The notes below the pieces were generated by a model that saw nothing but the letters and a program-made list of their open reading frames with translations, did no database searches and was not told the DNA's origin. The translations under genes were made by a program, and so were the position numbers. DNA of 64,000 nucleotides. It comes from an uncultured Gammaproteobacteria bacterium. GTDB taxonomy: Bacteria; Patescibacteriota; Patescibacteriia; UBA2196; GWA2-42-15. Of this stretch, positions 59,501-64,000 are shown piece after piece. Where the stretch lies: positions 3,362 to 67,361 of the forward strand of contig CAZNIO010000005.1 of NCBI GenBank assembly GCA_964573135.1, in the 5' to 3' direction. The first letter of the stretch is position 1. Each line of letters begins with the position of its first letter.

Positions 59501-61060
59501 AGATACAACATGTTCGCCAGACCCTTCTCTGCGACACACAGTTTCCGGCACTTTAACTACCCAGCTTGGATCAACTAATTTATAATATGGCGACTGTGGA
59601 TTGTTATAATCATTAATTAATTTACTTAAAGTTAAAGGCCCCCCTGAATTATCAAATTGCCTAAAATATTCTGCAGCCAACTCCCAACCAACTGGTATTA
59701 TCCTATATTTGCGCATAATAACTAAGGAACGATACGAATATATCCGTTCACCAGCATCCTCTATCCCGCCTGTCTTGTCAGCCCGATAACCAAAATCCCA
59801 GTTACCATGTAAAAAATCTTCGTCCAATGCCTGACGAACAGTTAAAGGTGGCTCTTGCAAAAGAGCCGTCTCAAGCGATTGATCAACAGTACACGCATAC
59901 TGGCTTACTTCATTATTACAACTCAAACTATTAACTACATCATAGGGGCCACTAAAAACATAATCTGGCCTACCTAGATCAGCATATATCTCCTCAGCTG
60001 CTGCTCGTCCACTAGCTTTTAACAAGCTCAACCCTGACAAGCCAGGAATATTTGAAATATTTTTTCCATTTCCATCAGGATTAAACCCACGTTTAAAAAT
60101 ATTACTTATTACCCTGCTGGTCAAAGTATTAGTAAATATACCGATAGCGTCAGCTGCAGCCTCCCCTGTATATATCCCATAAGGAATAAGTGACTGATCA
60201 ATCCAAGAAACAGCTCGTGAGCTATACATTTGTGCTACAGTTATTGTATTACCACTCACTTTACTAGTTTTAGACTTAAACTCACCCTCAGCAGTTTTCT
60301 TCAATTTAAGAACCTCCAAAACATCAAACTTTTTCTGATGAGCCCCCGATATAATGGTTAAAGTTTGCCCCAATTCATTGCCAGAAGGGTTAAAAAAAGA
60401 AGAAAATTCAACTAGCTGACTGATATTTAAATGCTCAAGGTCTTTAATATTTTTCAAAATAGTTTTCCAACTACACCTAGGTGGCCCAGGCGCCCACACT
60501 CTTCTAGCCGTTGTCTCAACACGCACCTTAGCCAAAGGGTTTAAGGGCTTGCATAAATCTTTACCCCACATTCTACCGATTGTATTATTTAAATAGTCAC
60601 CCACTGCCCCTTGCCATTCATCATCAATAAGTTTTTTCCAGTTAGTCTCAATCGCTGGTTTTTGACCGTTTATATCAGTAGCAAGATCAATGGCTCCCTG
60701 ATAAGCAATACGAGATAACATCCTTTGTAAAGCATTCTTATATGCTATAGCGCCCACCTTCTTAAAAGCATCTTTAAATTTCTGCCACAAACTTGTTTTA
60801 ATTTTATCCACATAAGTTATTCCCATCTCCTGCATTTTTAACTGCGTTAACGGAATATCCATAACAGGAGTAAAAGGAAGAAATTGAGCATTGGCAACCG
60901 ATCTAAGCTCAACACGATCTCCGCCCTCTTCTTTCATCAATACACTAGGCGACACAAAAAACACTCCCAAACTAGAAAACACAAAAATCAAAAAAAACCA
61001 AACAGCCAAAGCTCTTTTTATATTTCTGGTCTTTTTTAATTTTTTAATATAGTCCAGCAT
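56567..61060 (-). CDS. Giant (1497 aa) Cys-rich secreted/membrane-anchored surface protein
   Basis: N-terminal signal anchor. More than 90 Cys spread across the ectodomain, no catalytic motifs recognised. Confidence 0.65.
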   Translation of the reverse strand: MLDYIKKLKKTRNIKRALAVWFFLIFVFSSLGVFFVSPSVLMKEEGGDRVELRSVANAQFLPFTPVMDIPLTQLKMQEMGITYVDKIKTSLWQKFKDAFKKVGAIAYKNALQRMLSRIAYQGAIDLATDINGQKPAIETNWKKLIDDEWQGAVGDYLNNTIGRMWGKDLCKPLNPLAKVRVETTARRVWAPGPPRCSWKTILKNIKDLEHLNISQLVEFSSFFNPSGNELGQTLTIISGAHQKKFDVLEVLKLKKTAEGEFKSKTSKVSGNTITVAQMYSSRAVSWIDQSLIPYGIYTGEAAADAIGIFTNTLTSRVISNIFKRGFNPDGNGKNISNIPGLSGLSLLKASGRAAAEEIYADLGRPDYVFSGPYDVVNSLSCNNEVSQYACTVDQSLETALLQEPPLTVRQALDEDFLHGNWDFGYRADKTGGIEDAGERIYSYRSLVIMRKYRIIPVGWELAAEYFRQFDNSGGPLTLSKLINDYNNPQSPYYKLVDPSWVVKVPETVCRREGSGEHVVSTHVDPRDEDKMVVYRNSEYCADERACIKESADGSRCDFYGYCVEEKSVWDIHGTECSAVYNTCKSFTTRAGGQVNYLTNTLRGRSDGACDASNAGCREYCAYFDVDNGGWGCDDPNNERKYLNRNASDKECSPEEEGCSLFYRIGSQADLDAVVAGTFSAIEVYESVYPINLRKAPSYLSCQGFTDVAEGVAQDEEGCQMAGYLWREDIQACVESGVLECASYALYCNSSDANCEFYKPISYLGPDVPGVVVEDDKCPGECVGYKTYVEKTTFFDPPEATDEFVNLIDTTASTCPAADVGCEEFTNLSEGIEGERIENYSYLRACVGPGESGVSVYYTWESTEKVGGNRLRSWSLLKSNLGDAPCTNPITTANGEVTCADTSIDSCSTNVGDIDYSPECIEFTDLSGSKYKIEQSKVVFASKDCTLLRRTEDQTYYAAILSQSDTCGARSVGCREYKGSKSNNTTNLLYDDFEDGTKQDWEGGTPDNTSLIVGGHSLFSTYGIAKDVTGAIEQGRAYRISFWARAETAAVISEVSFTGNPEFEGSTDVSLTEDWGFYMFDIKSLDRDLMGKELLSIMLDSGSGFYIDNIVLTETQDSLYLIRDSWVTPDSCDEPAEGSMVGCEKYKDMRNREVYLKSFDGLCRDEVVGCEPMIDTKNSSNHEGETYGLVTVLADSLEYIVYDESKKCTTNGCMSLGMMWPDVSGLSGYISYETKYMIVDPDDFSTPGSPLCTSDKMWCDEFMDSSGALEYFEDPHGKECEYKKDDNNSYAWYKIGTLEFCPFVFGGEEGYCMGGRSMPNNNLGGVNENVCSSNDECADYARGTSPGLCSGWTATCPVGQDTCTEFQDRSRPKGCDKLSVYGEYGVDPYCDYYYYLSNTLDTCTTVDPSKGCLPFNEVGGGDFKYFSTKHCSNFISPYQPCEMDSDCVASGETGSCNSKTNTCSNIWGRTCRTINDCKVFNRQLSGICSYNVPMPIAN

Positions 61061-61092
61061 CTAAGTATATTAAAAATAAATTTTAACTTCTC

Positions 61093-61698
61093 CTATTGAC
61101 TCTGCAATGTCTCTAAATAAAAAGCCATCAAAGTTTCATCATCTATCTGACTCAAATCCTCCTCAGTAACTCCTCCACTCTCAAGTAAAAGTTGTCGCAC
61201 ATCTTCAGCTGTTAAATCTTTTAATTGATCCTTAAGCTCTGGCGTTAATTCCGCCCCTTCCCCTGTATTCTCATCCTCGTATTGGTAATCCTCTACATAG
61301 CCCCCGCTATCATCCACTCTCTGCTCACGACAATTCACGCCTTTGGGACAATTTGGATCATAACCATCATCAACTTCATCTTTGTCTAAATATCCATCAG
61401 AGTCTGTATCCTCCAAATACATCGATGTTTTATAAATATATAATTCTTCAAAATCAGATAAACCATCACCATCTGTATCTGCCACCTGTAATTCCTCCAC
61501 GCTCCTTGCGTCTGTTTCTAAACTGTCGCCATAATCAATCTCATCTCCACTCGGAGCATAATTACCACCCGCTAAATTAATAGTTTTACTCACTTGCAAA
61601 ATACCAAGAACAATAGCCGAAATACCAAAAAAACACAAAGCAATAAACATCACTTTAGTCCATGTATTTTTTGGTGTTTTATTTAAATCATCTGTCAT
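61093..61698 (-). CDS. Membrane-anchored acidic protein with thrombospondin type-3-like calcium-binding repeats
   Basis: TM anchor. DTDGDGLSDFEE and DTDSDGYLDKDEVDDGYDPNCP (DxDxDGxxDxxE). Very acidic C-terminus. Confidence 0.6.
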   Translation of the reverse strand: MTDDLNKTPKNTWTKVMFIALCFFGISAIVLGILQVSKTINLAGGNYAPSGDEIDYGDSLETDARSVEELQVADTDGDGLSDFEELYIYKTSMYLEDTDSDGYLDKDEVDDGYDPNCPKGVNCREQRVDDSGGYVEDYQYEDENTGEGAELTPELKDQLKDLTAEDVRQLLLESGGVTEEDLSQIDDETLMAFYLETLQSQ

Positions 61699-61774
61699 TT
61701 ATAAGGCAGATTACTTCCTATTTATTATACAATATTTTTACTCGATTAGCTAATTAAATGCACTGTGCATAACA

Positions 61775-62572
61775 CTAATCAATTTTTTTTAATTTTTCTG
61801 CTAATCTTATCCAATCTTCCACCCCTAAATCCTCTGCTCGTACCTTTAAATTAAGTCCCAAATCAATTATTAATTTTTCACTTTCTTCCTTGCCATATAC
61901 TGATGCGAAATTATTCTTTAACATCTTCCTTTTTGAAGAAAATCCAATACGCACCACTCGAAAAAAAACATCATTACGTTCTCTTTGATTAACTTCAATG
62001 AAAACAACAGCGCTATCAACTTTCGGCACTGGCCAAAAACTATTCTTGCCAACTTCTCGTACAATTTTCAAACTCCCATAATACTGACACATCACAGACA
62101 GTACTGACATATCTCCATTTTTGGCACACATTCGATCAGCTACCTCTTTTTGCACCATTACTAATATAGATTTAGGCCTATTTTCAGACTCGAGTAACAC
62201 CCTTAAAACCCTTGATGTTATACTATATGGTAAATTAGCCACAACCCTGTAATCTGCAAAACCCTTAAACCAAACAAGAAAATCTCCCTCAATCAAATCC
62301 AAATGGTCTTCCCCATTAAATCTGTCCTTTAAATACTCATAAAGTCGATTATCTTTTTCAATTGCAATCACCTTACCCGCTCTTTTAACCAATTCCTCGG
62401 TTAATGCCCCAAAACCAGGTCCAATCTCTAAAACCGTGTCCTCTTTTCTCAAATCAGCTACCTTAATAATATCCCCTAAAACAGTCTCATCAACTAAAAA
62501 ATTCTGACCCAATCCTTTAAAAGGGGAAATATCTAATTCTTTACATAATCTTTGTATATCTAATTCTGTCAT
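61775..62572 (-). CDS. rsmA: 16S rRNA (adenine1518/1519-N6)-dimethyltransferase RsmA/KsgA
   Basis: LGQNFLVD ... VLEIGPGFGALT ... VVANLPYSI. Confidence 0.9.
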   Translation of the reverse strand: MTELDIQRLCKELDISPFKGLGQNFLVDETVLGDIIKVADLRKEDTVLEIGPGFGALTEELVKRAGKVIAIEKDNRLYEYLKDRFNGEDHLDLIEGDFLVWFKGFADYRVVANLPYSITSRVLRVLLESENRPKSILVMVQKEVADRMCAKNGDMSVLSVMCQYYGSLKIVREVGKNSFWPVPKVDSAVVFIEVNQRERNDVFFRVVRIGFSSKRKMLKNNFASVYGKEESEKLIIDLGLNLKVRAEDLGVEDWIRLAEKLKKID

Positions 62573-62732
62573 TAAATTTATTCTAAATACCTCATAAAAA
62601 TATAATCATACTACAAGTATAGCTCAACAACGCGTGACTAACAACTATACTCAAAAACCCTAATTTAGAAAAAACTGCCATTTTTAGTCAAAAATAAGTC
62701 CCAATAAACTCATATCTAATGATATAATAAAC

Positions 62733-62760
62733 TTGACTTTAACTTTATCTATGATATAAT
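62733..62760 (+). promoter_or_regulatory. Promoter TTGACT-16-TGaTATAAT (extended -10)
   Basis: -35 at 62733-62738. TG at 62752-62753 and TATAAT at 62755-62760. ATG at 62794. Confidence 0.55.
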
Positions 62761-62793
62761 TAAAATAGACTTTAACAATATCATACTTAATAT

Positions 62794-64000
62794 ATGTACA
62801 ATCTACTAAAATTACAAAATGAACACTGGGAAAAGGCCAATATTAGCCAATCAGGTATAAAACGTACTCTAATGGGCCCCCTATTCCAGGAAAAAGACAA
62901 AAACAATATCACAGTCTTAAAAGGAGCCAGACAAACCGGCAAGTCTTTTCTATTTAAAATGATTATCTCCAAATTAATTAAAAACGGCGTTAACCCGCAC
63001 CATATATATTATATTAATTTTGATGATACCAGCCTAAGAGATAAAACCAACGAAAATTTAGATGTTTTCAAAAATTTTATTTTAAACGAAATAAAACAAC
63101 ACCAAGGCAGTAAACTATATTTTTTTATAGATGAATTTCAAAAAGTCAAAAATATTACTGATTTAATCAAAATTCTTTTTGAAAGCACTAATCATGTAAA
63201 ATTCTATTTATCCGGTTCATCATCTTTGGTTATTTCAGAAAAAATAAGTGAGAGCCTACTCGGTCGGACTTCTGAATATATCTTAAATACTCTCTCCTTC
63301 AAAGAACTAATAGACTGCAAATATCAACTACCAACTATTAATCTAGAACAATTATTAAATGATCCACAAAGAATTATTAAAAAATTTAATCTGTACAAAG
63401 AAGATATAATTCATGAATTCAAGCAGTTTATGCTATACGGAGGATACCCGAAGCTAACCGAAACAAACAATAGGTTAGAAAAAATAAAAATCCTTAAAGA
63501 CAATATTGATAATTATATTAATAAAGATATTTTAGGAGAGTTAAAAATAGAAAGAATAAATGAGTATAAAAAATTAATGCAGTACCTAAGCTCTACAACT
63601 GGTAGCCTGTTAAACATGAACAACATGGGCAATGATTTGGGATTGTCTTTTGTAACCACCAAAAAATATCTTAATATTTTAAGTAATACATATATCACGA
63701 ATCTACTCTCTCCTTATTCATCAAATGTTATAAACACTATCAAAAAGGCCAACAAAAACTATTTCCTAGACAGCGGGCTTCGCAATGTATTAGCCGAAGA
63801 ATATGAACAAGAAAGCTTAAGCATGGGCCAAGTATTAGAAAATTTGCTATGGCTAAAGCTATACCAATATAATAATTATTCCAAACTTTTTTTGGGCAAT
63901 ATTTTTTACTTGCGCACTAGCAATAATTCAGAAATAGATTTTGTATATAAATATCAAAAAAAACTCTATTTATTTGAAAGCAAAATCAAATTTGGAATTA
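62794..64000 (+). CDS. AAA+ ATPase of the AAA_14/DUF4143 family (partial, continues past window end)
   Basis: Translation MYNLLKLQNEHW...LKGARQTGKSFLFK (Walker A) ... YFFIDEFQKV (Walker B) ... LSGSSSL...ESLLGRTSEY, typical of DUF4143 ATPases. No stop before 64000. Confidence 0.75.
   Translation, partial: MYNLLKLQNEHWEKANISQSGIKRTLMGPLFQEKDKNNITVLKGARQTGKSFLFKMIISKLIKNGVNPHHIYYINFDDTSLRDKTNENLDVFKNFILNEIKQHQGSKLYFFIDEFQKVKNITDLIKILFESTNHVKFYLSGSSSLVISEKISESLLGRTSEYILNTLSFKELIDCKYQLPTINLEQLLNDPQRIIKKFNLYKEDIIHEFKQFMLYGGYPKLTETNNRLEKIKILKDNIDNYINKDILGELKIERINEYKKLMQYLSSTTGSLLNMNNMGNDLGLSFVTTKKYLNILSNTYITNLLSPYSSNVINTIKKANKNYFLDSGLRNVLAEEYEQESLSMGQVLENLLWLKLYQYNNYSKLFLGNIFYLRTSNNSEIDFVYKYQKKLYLFESKIKFGI

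Noticed and set aside
34408-61698. Integrative conjugative element / plasmid-derived conjugation module
   Set aside because: No relaxase, VirD4-type coupling protein, integrase/recombinase, replication initiator or recognisable att duplication in or next to the array. Only the minimal VirB3/VirB4/VirB6-type core is present.

Overview
This window is AT-rich (about one-third GC by eye) and gene-dense, with many overlapping start/stop codons. Long ORFs read in the standard code 11. The content looks like a Candidate Phyla Radiation / Patescibacteria-type genome: a minimal translation and cell-wall gene set, no obvious mobile-element genes, and very large Cys-rich surface proteins. It divides into six zones.

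(i) 1-4.4 kb, housekeeping: gmk, an RluA-family pseudouridine synthase, a CCA-adding enzyme, tRNA-Leu and a probable tRNA-Gly.

(ii) 5-22 kb, glycosylation supercluster: a roughly 15 kb co-directional minus-strand array. It has four DPM1/ArnC-like GT2 polyprenol-phosphate glycosyltransferases, at least five polytopic GT-C-type membrane proteins including a paralogous pair, two SAM methyltransferase modules (one fused to a glycosyltransferase), a LAB_N-like small membrane protein and a PGI/PMI isomerase.

(iii) 22.6-29.3 kb, plus-strand cell-wall and proteostasis block: FemAB-family protein, sugar nucleotidyltransferase, short Mur ligase, PfkB kinase, ClpC-like ATPase.

(iv) 29.3-31 kb, tRNA island: tRNA-Ser(UGA), tRNA-Ser(GCU), tRNA-Arg(GCG) with ComF.

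(v) 31-34.3 kb: a TrmB-like regulator and an unannotated 49-aa membrane ORF driven from back-to-back near-consensus promoters, then RecG.

(vi) 34.4-61.7 kb, the main finding: a 27 kb uninterrupted minus-strand array. It encodes a VirB4-like ATPase, a PrgI/VirB3-like protein, a 1124-aa VirB6/TrbL-like protein with a long coiled-coil tail, two 350-aa paralogs sharing a roughly 410-bp near-identical DNA core, a cohesin-like protein, two giant Cys-rich surface proteins (1965 and 1497 aa), a TSP3 calcium-binding protein, an embedded Schlafen/AlbA_2 protein with a (KDTI)n slippage repeat, and a terminal DsbA-like oxidoreductase. No relaxase, coupling protein or integrase is present. This looks like a T4SS-derived surface-appendage/attachment system rather than a conjugative element.

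The window ends with rsmA and a partial DUF4143-type AAA ATPase.
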